From assembly GCA_016288295.1 (NCBI GenBank), contig JAEEYV010000061.1, positions 1 through 55,949 on the forward strand: 55,949 nt of DNA. Direction: 5' to 3'. The translations under genes were made by a program, and so were the position numbers. Position 1 is the first letter of the stretch. Every line of letters starts with the position of its first letter. The notes beneath the pieces were generated by a model, which saw only the letters and a list, made by a program, of their open reading frames with translations, made no database searches and was not told where the DNA came from. This DNA comes from Alphaproteobacteria bacterium (GTDB taxonomy: Bacteria; Pseudomonadota; Alphaproteobacteria; RF32; CAG-239). Of the stretch, positions 1 to 8,924 are shown piece by piece.

Positions 1-494
1 TCAATCCACGCAATCACTCCGTTAGCACTCGGGAGCTCCCAATCCTTTCCCCATACACGTACTGTCACATCGATGTAACGGATGTAGCCACGTTTTACAT
101 ACTTATTGTACGTATCCACAAATCTTCGTGTTTTAACGTGGAAAGTTACACTGTCAACCGTGTACGTCTCGACTTCTGTATCCCTGATGTGGGCAAGCTC
201 GAACGACTCGTGAACCAACTCGGTATCTTCACAGTAGACAGTGTCTATTGCTTCAATCCAGAATTCTACGCCGCCCGTGGGCACGGTAACGGTCGTATCT
301 TCTCCAGTCGGCTTGCCATCCAGATACTTGGTCACGGTAGTCCATGAATTGTCCTTATCGCGATGAGGATCATGATCCATGCCGGGAGTTGCTTTTATTG
401 AGATTTTACTCAAAACCCCCTTTTCATCACAACTTGAAAACATCAAAACCATTGCGGCCAAAAGCCACAACACAACAAATTTGCTCTTTTTCAT
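1..494 (-). CDS. Lipoprotein, partial (3' end runs off the left edge). Its N-terminus is a paralog of the 740-aa lipoprotein at 1734-3956.
   Basis: I translated the minus strand from the ATG at 492-494: MKKSKFVVLWLLAAMVLMFSSCDEKG... It stays open to position 1. It is absent from the ORF track because it has no stop. Lipobox is MFSS|C. It shares the pattern FWI...LAH...YN.Y.K.GYI...AN..I.W with residues ~65-155 of ORF 1734-3956. No Shine-Dalgarno upstream. Confidence 0.6.
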   Translation of the reverse strand, partial: MKKSKFVVLWLLAAMVLMFSSCDEKGVLSKISIKATPGMDHDPHRDKDNSWTTVTKYLDGKPTGEDTTVTVPTGGVEFWIEAIDTVYCEDTELVHESFELAHIRDTEVETYTVDSVTFHVKTRRFVDTYNKYVKRGYIRYIDVTVRVWGKDWELPSANGVIAWI

Positions 495-717
495 AAACGA
501 TAAATATTAAAATTATTAATTTAAGTTATTTCTTTCGTTTATTCTTCTCTTAAAACCATTACTGACTCCTCGATAATAATTGAGGATAACTGATAATTAT
601 AAGAAGAATAATTTTTTTAATCAGTAAGGATTATAACATAATTTTAATAAAACATCAAGCTTTTTTGTAAAAAAATAGACTATTTGTCCACCAAATAATT
701 ATCCTTTTAAAAACTAG

Positions 718-748
718 AAGGGGACCGCTTTCGCGATCCCCCCATTAT
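718..748 (-). terminator. G-rich stem with GAAA tetraloop downstream of ORF 761-1609
   Basis: The minus strand reads GGGGGGAUCGC-GAAA-GCGGUCCCC, then a U-rich stretch. One stem position is a G-U pair on the minus transcript but a C-A mismatch on the plus strand, so it is strand-specific. Confidence 0.45.
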
Positions 749-760
749 TGTCAATGTTGT

Positions 761-1609
761 TTAATGACGCTTATAGTAGGTATCAGCGACGCTGTATTTG
801 CCGCTGAAATTATCCACTTTTTTGTGGTTTAGGCCAAATTTTACGAATACCGTTGCCTCTACGCAAAAGCGCATTGGCGACCGTGCATCGTCCTGAACCA
901 CAACGTCGTTGACAGTGGTTTTGTATTTATATTTTGTGTCATATACATGACCACTCAACGACAAGCCCCACCTTACGGGTTTGAAAAAATACCTCTTCTC
1001 AAACCCAAAGGTTAGCCCATAGGCAAATCCCATTGACCGACCGTTTCCGTCATTTTCTATGGTTATGTTACCATTGTCGAAATACGAATTATCCAGGTCT
1101 TTGCATTCCTGGAGGCCGATCTTAGGGCCGATGAACATTTTCTTGTCATCGTATCGCCCCCAGTGGTAAAAATTTAATTTGGGTTCAAAGAACGCATTGA
1201 GCCCCAAGTATGTTTTACCCTTGATGGGATCGGTAAGCAGATCCGCTCCGGCTGAGATGTCCCAGTCGAAGCGATAAGCACTGTAGCCCAATACAATTGA
1301 GCCACCAGCACCAAAGCCGTTACTTGCTCCCTGCCCTGCGTCAAAGACGCCGCCACCGCGGAGTCCTGCATACCACCCATCAACGGTGGATATGGTGCAG
1401 AGAACCTGGTCATGGTCCTCACCGGGACGGTCGATGAATATGGTGACCATGTCGGAAGCCCTGCCTCCGACTTCGTCAAACAAAAATTTGTCCCAACTGT
1501 GAGTGTCCATTTTCCTCTGGAATACCTCGGAGCTAGTGCGGATCTCCTCCTGGGCGTTTGCGATGGATACTACGGCTAATAACAACGCTAACAAAAAAGT
1601 CTTTTTCAT
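761..1609 (-). CDS. Secreted protein, probably an outer-membrane beta-barrel-like protein
   Basis: Signal peptide MKKTFLLALLLAVVSIANA|QEE. Gly/aromatic-rich alternating segments throughout. Higher G+C than most of the window. No Shine-Dalgarno. No family recognised. Confidence 0.5.
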   Translation of the reverse strand: MKKTFLLALLLAVVSIANAQEEIRTSSEVFQRKMDTHSWDKFLFDEVGGRASDMVTIFIDRPGEDHDQVLCTISTVDGWYAGLRGGGVFDAGQGASNGFGAGGSIVLGYSAYRFDWDISAGADLLTDPIKGKTYLGLNAFFEPKLNFYHWGRYDDKKMFIGPKIGLQECKDLDNSYFDNGNITIENDGNGRSMGFAYGLTFGFEKRYFFKPVRWGLSLSGHVYDTKYKYKTTVNDVVVQDDARSPMRFCVEATVFVKFGLNHKKVDNFSGKYSVADTYYKRH

Positions 1610-1695
1610 ATCTTTATGTTTTTATAAAGTCATTAAAAACCATCCGGAGCATCCGTAGATGCCCCGTCAGGCGGAATTAAAAAAGGTTACCTACT

Positions 1696-1718
1696 TGCGT
1701 GCGGAGGTTATCCGCACG
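1696..1718 (-). terminator. Perfect 9-bp stem-loop between ORF 1734-3956 and ORF 761-1609
   Basis: gcgtgcgga-ggtta-tccgcacgc, 16 nt past the stop of the 740-aa gene. A U-run follows about 10 nt later on the minus strand. Could act as an attenuator rather than a full terminator. Confidence 0.4.
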
Positions 1719-1733
1719 CTTTCGGTCGAAGAA

Positions 1734-3956
1734 TTAACGCAGATCGAGGCTGGTGTCAGTCCTATCTTTCCTGTTATTGTTTTTACAGTACTCAATAGTG
1801 ATCTTGCCACCATTGATGTGGTACGACTGAGTTGTCGGTGTCGGTGTCACTTCGACGCCAATTTCCATGACATTGGCGTGCTGTGACTGTACGGTAATCG
1901 ACTTGGTCCAGCCCTTGCCTGCCCACGACCACAGACCATTGTTTATACTAATGGTTGCGGGTGAGGGGTAGGTTCGACTGTCGTAATACGCAGCAGAATA
2001 CTTCTTCTGCGCATTACTATTAGACCAAGACGCGTGAATACACTGTTTCACCCCATACTTTGACGCATTCGTTGCGTCGAAGGCGAAAATGTAGTGTGAA
2101 TCTAGTGTATTACCGGACTTCTTAACGACGCCTTCCGGGCAAACGACCAATCCATGCTCATATTCGAAGACAATCATGTCCACGAATTTCGCATTCTGGT
2201 TGTTGTCCAGGAAGTAGGTCGGATCCGGCACTCGGCTATACAGCGCACTAACCGGATTTCCCAGCCAGTGCGGTGTTTCACGCTCCTCACCTTGCTTTTC
2301 AACCCACAACTCGGCCTGAGCAGAACTGCTCACGGCATGTTCCAGGAAAGTTCCCGAAATGCTGTGAGTGTAGCTCTTGCGCTCATACGTCTTGCCGGAG
2401 TTCTGAACATCCGACAAAGCCGAGGTTGTAAAGCTGTCGCTAGTGATGTTATACTCCGCATGCCTCATCGTGTGAGACATTGGAGTATAAACAGCCTCCT
2501 GATGTTGGAGAGTGAACTCCAACGTAAAGAAGTTGTTTCCAACAGTATAAGGCGTTTCGTACGTCTTAACTTGGAAATCACCGGAGGTTTGAGTATTCAC
2601 GAGCTTTTTACTGCCCTTCTGCGCGGCTTTTCTCGTAATCGACCAACTTGCAATGATCTTGGTCACCTTACTCGGTGCCATGATTTTGTTCTTCAAATTG
2701 ATCGACTTGGTCTCGGTTTGATTACCAGTCTTGATTTTGATCCAAGACTTGGTGGTATTTCCGTCGACCCAGTCAAGGCCCTCATCGGTTATAGTCGGTG
2801 TAGCCTGCTTAACCTTGAGAACGGTTTCAGCTACGTTCTTGACGGGTTTGCCGTCGTAGGTAGCCGTCGCCGTGTGGGCATACAGTTTGCGGTCGTAACC
2901 GCCACTTGCACTCATTGCCGTCAAGGTTGCACCACCATCAGAGATGGCAGTGAAAGCCCTCCAAGGCATCTCGAAGGTCTTTCCGCAATAGACAACAGTC
3001 GGCTTCTCATACTCATAAGTAATCACCTTGTCGAACAAGGTGTTCTTAAGAGTCTGAAGTTGACGGTACTGTTCAATGCTGAACACACCGTCTTGCCTGT
3101 TGCCATACTTTGAGGCGGTACCCACCGAATGTGTCTTCGTCTGGATGTCAAACGAAGAGAGGACTTTTTCGTCCCTTGCGGGGGCGTAAGACCGTACATT
3201 CAGCAATACGCTCAAGGTGTCGCGATGTAAACCGCTGATAGACCAATGGCTCTGAACATAAATCGTCGACCTTGCAGTCTTCGGATTATTGTTAGAATCA
3301 TATGTGAGTATTTCAAATTTCTCACCGGTCTTTTCGACAGACACGAGTTCATCCGTAGATTCGGTAGCTAATGTTTTAAGCCCCTGTTCCTGCCGCAGCT
3401 CCTTTCCGAGGAAAGAGAGCTTATAGTCCGACGTACACAGAGTGTACGCCAGAGACTTTTCGCGTCCGACAGCGGCCGTTTTTACACTCACCCAGTCGAT
3501 GGCTGCATTCGCCGGGGTAACCCAGTATACCTTCTCTTTGTAGAAGAAGACGGCCTCCTTCCACTCGATATAGCCTTGTTTGAGGTATAAATTGTACTTA
3601 TCCTCAAACGTTTGGCGATAGGTATAAACCCTAGCCTTTACGCCATTGTCTTCGACATTGATGCTATCGCGAACGACAGCTTTGGCCTTGTCCAACTTGG
3701 TGTGGGCAAGGTTGATTTCGTCGACAACGGTGGTGTCGTTGGGAGCAATCCAAAACCAGACATTTCCCAGTTCTACTTTAGCGATCTTGACACCACCCTC
3801 GATGAGATAGCCGTGGGTTTCGTCGCGGTCTGTGTCGACCGATGCAACACTCTTCGTTCTGATGACAGTATCAACTGATTTGTCATCACAAGAAGACAGC
3901 ACAACCATGGCCAGGAGTACAACACTCAACCAGCCGGAAAATTTAATTTTTTTCAT
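1734..3956 (-). CDS. Large surface lipoprotein (740 aa), function unknown
   Basis: Lipobox MVVLSS|CDDKS. Long uninterrupted ORF. Higher G+C. No Shine-Dalgarno. N-terminal ~150 aa are paralogous to the partial ORF at 1-494. Confidence 0.65.
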   Translation of the reverse strand: MKKIKFSGWLSVVLLAMVVLSSCDDKSVDTVIRTKSVASVDTDRDETHGYLIEGGVKIAKVELGNVWFWIAPNDTTVVDEINLAHTKLDKAKAVVRDSINVEDNGVKARVYTYRQTFEDKYNLYLKQGYIEWKEAVFFYKEKVYWVTPANAAIDWVSVKTAAVGREKSLAYTLCTSDYKLSFLGKELRQEQGLKTLATESTDELVSVEKTGEKFEILTYDSNNNPKTARSTIYVQSHWSISGLHRDTLSVLLNVRSYAPARDEKVLSSFDIQTKTHSVGTASKYGNRQDGVFSIEQYRQLQTLKNTLFDKVITYEYEKPTVVYCGKTFEMPWRAFTAISDGGATLTAMSASGGYDRKLYAHTATATYDGKPVKNVAETVLKVKQATPTITDEGLDWVDGNTTKSWIKIKTGNQTETKSINLKNKIMAPSKVTKIIASWSITRKAAQKGSKKLVNTQTSGDFQVKTYETPYTVGNNFFTLEFTLQHQEAVYTPMSHTMRHAEYNITSDSFTTSALSDVQNSGKTYERKSYTHSISGTFLEHAVSSSAQAELWVEKQGEERETPHWLGNPVSALYSRVPDPTYFLDNNQNAKFVDMIVFEYEHGLVVCPEGVVKKSGNTLDSHYIFAFDATNASKYGVKQCIHASWSNSNAQKKYSAAYYDSRTYPSPATISINNGLWSWAGKGWTKSITVQSQHANVMEIGVEVTPTPTTQSYHINGGKITIEYCKNNNRKDRTDTSLDLR

Positions 3957-3996
3957 GTCTTAAATATTTAATGATTAATAAAATTCATTTAAAACA

Positions 3997-4004
3997 CAAA
4001 GCTA
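3997..4004 (-). promoter_or_regulatory. Bacteroidota-type -7 promoter motif (TAnnTTTG) candidate
   Basis: The minus strand reads TAGCTTTG, 41 nt upstream of the ATG at 3956. It matches the published Bacteroides -7 consensus TAnnTTTG. A single short motif, so weak on its own. Confidence 0.3.
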
Positions 4005-4426
4005 TCTTCGACTTTTCCTTTTTAAAATTCCAACTGACTTCTCATTTTACAATATGAAAAGCATTGATAATTATAAAAACTAAAAATCGAATATAATAAC
4101 TTTGTGACAAATATAATTTAACATATTTTTAACCCAAAGACAAGTGTTTTTTTCGAAAAAATGCATTTTTTGTCAATACGGCGATAATTCATTTATTTTC
4201 TATAATAAAACGCTATTTTTCTCTACAAAAAAATATGTACAACCAAAGGCTACTTTTCTCCCGCACTAAAAAAATACCTATTAATATATCTCTTTTGCAA
4301 TCATTTTACACTAACATATTGTTATTGCGTTGTTTTATTTTTAATTTGGTGTCCGATTTTTCTCGCTTTTAACTTAATTTTGTGATACAATGGGACTATG
4401 AATTAACGCTAAAAAGGAGACCGCAA

Positions 4427-4936
4427 ATGAATAAGATATTGTTACCTCTGACAATTGTTGCTCTCTGTTTTGGTGCGCAACAAGCCATGGCCGCCAACAG
4501 TACCGCTCAAGGTACCGCCAAAGCCAAGATAATTACCCCTTTGAGCATTACAGCTGTTACCGGTGCTAACGGGGATATGAACTTTGGTACCATGATTTCT
4601 ACTCAAGCTCATACGGTTACTCTTGACAATGCTCATAACAGAACAGGTTCTGTAAATACCATGTTGGTTGAAGACAGTTCAAACCCTCCGCACTCTGGAA
4701 CATTCACCATCACAAACGGTGGTACGGCCGCAGTAGCTGCCAGTTTGGTATTGCCTGACTCAACCACAATTGGCAGTAGTGGCACAAATTTGACTGTTGA
4801 TGAATTTTCATCTGACTTCAGTTCTCCTATTCCGACAGGCAACAGCACAGTTTTGGTTGGTGCAACGTTACATGTCCCGGCAGGGGCTGCTGCAGGTGAA
4901 TATACCGGACAATATACGGTAACCCTGAGTTACTAG
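4427..4936 (+). CDS. Secreted DUF4402-family protein (spore-coat-U / Csu-pilin-like fold family)
   Basis: I chose the internal start MNKILLPLTIVALCFGAQQAMA, preceded by AGGAG 8 nt upstream. The mature part is ...AKIITPLSITAV...DMNFGT...LTVDEFSS...VGATLHVPAGAAAGEYTGQYTVTLSY, which matches the DUF4402 pattern as I remember it. Confidence 0.65.
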   Translation: MNKILLPLTIVALCFGAQQAMAANSTAQGTAKAKIITPLSITAVTGANGDMNFGTMISTQAHTVTLDNAHNRTGSVNTMLVEDSSNPPHSGTFTITNGGTAAVAASLVLPDSTTIGSSGTNLTVDEFSSDFSSPIPTGNSTVLVGATLHVPAGAAAGEYTGQYTVTLSY

Positions 4937-4964
4937 CCTACATCAGTTGCGGTAATTTTTTACA

Positions 4965-5001
4965 GGCGAAAGGCTGATTTTATCAGTCTTCCGCCTTTTT
5001 T
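4965..5001 (+). terminator. Rho-independent terminator after the DUF4402 gene
   Basis: 13-bp stem ggcgaaaggctga / tcagtcttccgcc with one mismatch and one G-U pair, followed by TTTTTT. Confidence 0.5.
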
Positions 5002-5030
5002 GTGATTTTTAGATTTTAAAATTTTTAAGA

Positions 5031-5057
5031 GGGACTGCTTGCGCAGCCCCCCTGTTT
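5031..5057 (-). terminator. G-rich stem with GCAA tetraloop downstream of ORF 5069-5569
   Basis: The minus strand reads GGGGCUGC-GCAA-GCAGUCCC. The fourth pair is G-U on the minus strand only. Same design as the hairpin at 718-748. Confidence 0.4.
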
Positions 5058-5068
5058 CTGTTTAAGGA

Positions 5069-5569
5069 TTAACCAGGCATTTGGAAAAATACTAAGCCCG
5101 CGAAGTTTTGGGCATGAACGTCAGTTTGAACGAAGTCAAATAACTCGACGTCGTGCCTCTCCCCATCAATCCCATAGTTAGTAGTAGCAACATTGCTGCC
5201 CATAAAATGGTACAACTTGAATGGCTGCCAGTTACAAGTAAGTAATGGGGAGGTCAGATCAAACACACGATCAGCAACCCATAAATATGAAGCACCCGTC
5301 GGTGCGAATCCTTTAAACTCCTGAATAAGGCTGGAGTCAGAAGGAACCTTTCCCTCATATACTGCAAATCCGTTCTGGAATTGCAGTACTGTTATCCAGT
5401 AGTCCTCCCTTGGCTTCAATTTGCCCTTTGTCACTGATACCAAGTCCCCCATCTCCGGCGAAACAGTCACTTGGTACTGTTTTTGGCGGTTGCACGAAGT
5501 TCCAACAACGATAGCCATCAATGCGACAGCAATAATGAGCATAATAACCCTAAACGATGAGTTTCTCAT
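5069..5569 (-). CDS. Small lipoprotein, function unknown
   Basis: I chose the internal start MRNSSFRVIMLIIAVALMAIVVGTS|CNRQ (ATG at 5567-5569). Lipobox present. Higher G+C. No Shine-Dalgarno. Confidence 0.55.
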   Translation of the reverse strand: MRNSSFRVIMLIIAVALMAIVVGTSCNRQKQYQVTVSPEMGDLVSVTKGKLKPREDYWITVLQFQNGFAVYEGKVPSDSSLIQEFKGFAPTGASYLWVADRVFDLTSPLLTCNWQPFKLYHFMGSNVATTNYGIDGERHDVELFDFVQTDVHAQNFAGLVFFQMPG

Positions 5570-5841
5570 AACATTTATTTTTTTAGTCAATAATATTAAA
5601 AAAAACAAGCTATGTATGCTCTATGCACTCCTTAAACAGAAGAAATAATAAAACATAATAACTTGTTACACTCCACATTGTACCATAAAAAAGCCCTTTT
5701 GTCATCCTCAAAAAACATCAGAAAAACAAGAAATTACCCCTTTTATGTGCATAACTTTGTGAACAAAACGATTCATTGATTGCATCATTTTTTCATCCTG
5801 TTAACGTGTCGATATCAAGAAGTTAACAAAAGGTTAAACTT

Positions 5842-6258
5842 ATGCAAAATACTCAAGAAATGATCACAACCGAATCCGACGGCTTGCTTATTACGGCGGC
5901 TTCTGAGCTGGTTGACACACGTTGCCACGCCTGCGGGCAAGAGTTTGTTTGGGGATATTACTTTTGCATTGAAAACACTTCTGATGAAAAAATCACCCTT
6001 GTTGGCAAAGATTGGAACATTACCGACTCATCCGGCAATTCTTTTTGTGATCAAACTGCCGGCTTCAAAGGTGAAATCCCTGAGCTTGAGCCTGGTGAGT
6101 ACTTTGAATTTAGTTCATCGGCACCGCTTTCGACTCCTTCAGCCATTTTTTACGGCACTTGCCGAATCATCAAGGCCGGCAAAAAAATTGCCCAAAACAT
6201 CAAACTGCCGATTCTGCAATTTAACGCGGGCGAAAAAGTATCTTGTGCGCTCAACTGA
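5842..6258 (+). CDS. apaG: ApaG (DUF525) protein
   Basis: YYFCIENTSDEKITLVGKDWNITDSSGN...GFKGEIPELEPGEYFEFSSSAPLSTPSAIFYGTCRI fits the ApaG pattern (I.N...v.L..R.W.I.d..G...G.qP.l.PGe.f.Y.S...G.M.G.Y). Confidence 0.75.
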   Translation: MQNTQEMITTESDGLLITAASELVDTRCHACGQEFVWGYYFCIENTSDEKITLVGKDWNITDSSGNSFCDQTAGFKGEIPELEPGEYFEFSSSAPLSTPSAIFYGTCRIIKAGKKIAQNIKLPILQFNAGEKVSCALN

Positions 6259-6261
6259 ATT

Positions 6262-6870
6262 TTATTCGTAATCAGTAATAAACGAGCTGTTTTCAACGTA
6301 CATATTTAAATATTTGTTGATGTTTGCTTGCATACGTGCATTAAACTCGTCAAAAAGCTTATCGACCATATTTTTCCAATAAACCTCTTTTTGATCTATT
6401 GGAGTATCAATAGGAATCATCAATTCTCTCCAAGCATCAAGAGACGTTTCGGCGCTTGAAAATTTTGCGGTATCGCTCACTTTTAATACAACCGAGAGTT
6501 TAGCACGATATTTAACGCTGTCTTTCTCAAACAATCTCTCAGCCTTAACAATTTCTTCGGTAACGCTGGCATCTTTTACGGTAAAAGTTGCCTGTTTGGC
6601 TGATGAAAAATCAACTGCTTTTAATCTGTCTCTTCCCCAATTAAGAGCCGTTTTTTCAATTGAAACCGGAAAAAGATGCTCGACATTAGGTCTGGTGAAA
6701 GACGGCACAAAATCAGATACGACATCAACCTTGCTGACTTTGAGGTTGATGTCCTGCTGCGTATCAAAACGAGCTTCGGTAAATTTTTGCGGAGCAGGTT
6801 CTTCTTTTGTAGTGGAGCAGGCACTAAACACACCCACTACAGCCAATATGGCGAGAAACTTTTTCATCAT
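6262..6870 (-). CDS. Lipoprotein, function unknown
   Basis: MMKKFLAILAVVGVFSA|CSTTKEE lipobox. Single clean ORF. Confidence 0.6.
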   Translation of the reverse strand: MMKKFLAILAVVGVFSACSTTKEEPAPQKFTEARFDTQQDINLKVSKVDVVSDFVPSFTRPNVEHLFPVSIEKTALNWGRDRLKAVDFSSAKQATFTVKDASVTEEIVKAERLFEKDSVKYRAKLSVVLKVSDTAKFSSAETSLDAWRELMIPIDTPIDQKEVYWKNMVDKLFDEFNARMQANINKYLNMYVENSSFITDYE

Positions 6871-6964
6871 CCTAAATCCATAGTTATTAATACATATTTC
6901 TTATTGTAAAATATTATTTATTATTTAACATGTGGTTAACTTCAACAACAAAAATAGGTTTTTT

Positions 6965-7525
6965 ATGTTCAAAACTGACAAACAAACGAGTTCGACTTCC
7001 CAAAAAATTCGTAAGATGACCAAAACAAGGCTACAAAATATTGCTCTTTACTACCTTGAACGTTTTGATTCATCGTCAGCCAATCTATGCCAAGTTTTAA
7101 AACGTCGGGTTTTCGATTATGCTCGCCAGGTACCTGATTTTAATATTGCTGAAGCCGAAAGTTGGATTGAGGAAATTATTGCTCGCTTTGAAAATCTTGG
7201 TTATTTGAATGACAAGCGTTACGCCGAATTCAAAATTGACAATTATCTGTTATCAGGCAAGCCCGAACGATATATACGCCAAAAAATGCAACAAAAAGGC
7301 ATTAACGGCAAGATTATTGACGATATTCTATCAAACCGTGAATTTGACGAAGAAGCAATGGCATTGCGTTTTGCTGCCAAAAAAAGAATCGGTCCTTACC
7401 GTACTGACGAATCTGCCCGTCGTGAAAACCGCCAAAAGGACCTGGCAGCTATAGTCAGAGCTGGTTTTAGCTACGATACGGCACAAAAAATCATTGGTGC
7501 TGAAAATATTGATGATTTTGCATAA
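6965..7525 (+). CDS. recX: RecX-like recombination regulator
   Basis: LQNIALYYLERFDSSSANLCQVLKRRV... followed by repeated helical modules typical of RecX. The ATG at 6965 is preferred over the GTG at 6932, but the start is uncertain. Confidence 0.65.
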   Translation: MFKTDKQTSSTSQKIRKMTKTRLQNIALYYLERFDSSSANLCQVLKRRVFDYARQVPDFNIAEAESWIEEIIARFENLGYLNDKRYAEFKIDNYLLSGKPERYIRQKMQQKGINGKIIDDILSNREFDEEAMALRFAAKKRIGPYRTDESARRENRQKDLAAIVRAGFSYDTAQKIIGAENIDDFA

Positions 7526-7594
7526 AAAGTTTGTAAAATCAAAAAAAATAGGCTATCATACAGCAATCGTATAAATAGGGGACCAGACCGTTAA

Positions 7595-8914
7595 ATGGTT
7601 GCTAAAGAAAAGAAAATTGCCGAACTTAAAGCTATACGTGATAAAACTCGCGCTGAAATGGCTTTGTCCGAACCTAATCCAAAATTAGAAGATCAAATTT
7701 TGGAAGAAGATGATAGTTTTCCCCCTCACGAAGATTGGGAAGAATCAAATCTTACCTCACACTATCGTCCTGATGTTGATGAAGATGATTTTTATTCCGA
7801 CAATAATGAAGAATTTGAGCCTGCAGACATAGCAGAAGATACATCAACGGATGACGATGATCTTGACTATAATGAAGAAGATGATGACTCATCAGATGAT
7901 GATGAAGCCCCGAAACCGGTTTCCCCACCGCCAGGTGATGGCAATACTTGGCACGCAGTTGCACTGTTTGGTCATGACGATGATCTTCCCTCAATCAGCA
8001 TTGATTTTAACGGCAAAAACCTTGAAAATGGTGAATTTGATCACGAAAATTTACGTGATGCCAACTTTTCCGCAGCTAACTTGAGTGGAGTTAATTTTTC
8101 CGGTTCAGATTTGCGTAATGCTGATTTTTCTGGTGCAGATTTAACCAACACCAACCTGTCTGGTGCAAACTTATCCGGTTCAAATTTTTCCGGCGCGCAG
8201 ATTATCGGCACCAATTTTACCGGCGCCGTTCTCAAAAATGTTAAATTTACCGATGCCTTTTTTCAAGATGCAATCCTAATTGACTTGGATATAGACGACA
8301 TTACTCTTGAAGAACTTCAACAACTCATAGAATTTGTTGCCAAGTATTATCCCGAAAAACTTGATCTTACACGCATCAATTTAACCATGCTTGATTTGAA
8401 AAAAATTGATTTGACCAAAGTTAGCTTGCGTGGTGTTGATTTTACCGGCGTTGATTTTACCGGTATTAATATTATGGAATTGGATTTGAGTGAATGTATT
8501 ATTACTCCGGAACAAATAGCTCAAGCCTTAGGTAGAGTTCCGGGACAAGATGAACTAAAGCGAATTTTGGCTCCCAAACGCAAAAAATCAAAAGCCGGAA
8601 TGCAAATTGATCTTACAGACCTTTTCTTAAACGGACACAAACAGGTTGGTATTATAAATGTTGCCGGTTTTAAAGGTATGGATACCGAAAAGTTGGTTAA
8701 ATTTACGCAAAAAGCCTACAAGTTTGTTAAGGGAAAAGACAAAGCTCCGATTAAAGATGAAGAAGTTATGGAGCATATTCGTCAGCAAAATAAAGCCAAC
8801 AAAGAAGCTCTTCGCCAGGTTATTGAAGCTCGCAAACGCCAAGAGCTTGAAAATCGCTTGCGCAAAAAACAAACTCCTAATATAACCCGCGATCGCGGTG
8901 GTTATGAACGATAG
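7595..8914 (+). CDS. Pentapeptide-repeat protein with an acidic N-terminus and a basic C-terminus
   Basis: Two blocks of A(D/N)LSG-type pentapeptide repeats (ANFSAANLSGVNFSGSDLRNADFSGADLTNTNLSGANLSGSNFSGAQIIGTNFTG... and LRGVDFTGVDFTGINI). There is a D/E-rich run at aa 60-105. Confidence 0.8.
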   Translation: MVAKEKKIAELKAIRDKTRAEMALSEPNPKLEDQILEEDDSFPPHEDWEESNLTSHYRPDVDEDDFYSDNNEEFEPADIAEDTSTDDDDLDYNEEDDDSSDDDEAPKPVSPPPGDGNTWHAVALFGHDDDLPSISIDFNGKNLENGEFDHENLRDANFSAANLSGVNFSGSDLRNADFSGADLTNTNLSGANLSGSNFSGAQIIGTNFTGAVLKNVKFTDAFFQDAILIDLDIDDITLEELQQLIEFVAKYYPEKLDLTRINLTMLDLKKIDLTKVSLRGVDFTGVDFTGINIMELDLSECIITPEQIAQALGRVPGQDELKRILAPKRKKSKAGMQIDLTDLFLNGHKQVGIINVAGFKGMDTEKLVKFTQKAYKFVKGKDKAPIKDEEVMEHIRQQNKANKEALRQVIEARKRQELENRLRKKQTPNITRDRGGYER

Positions 8915-8924
8915 GTGCGGTGTT

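Noticed and set aside
2154-3113. A 319-aa plus-strand ORF and other long antisense ORFs in the track (e.g. 1174-1479, 3612-3878, 31368-31907, 31435-31956, 13698-14009).
   Set aside because: They lie entirely inside, and antisense or out of frame to, much longer ORFs with clear signal peptides or family motifs. Their translations are low-complexity (R/S/L-rich). They are shadow ORFs.
8041-8235. 15-bp periodic repeats.
   Set aside because: These are coding repeats of the pentapeptide-repeat protein (ANLSG-type units), not a non-coding tandem repeat.
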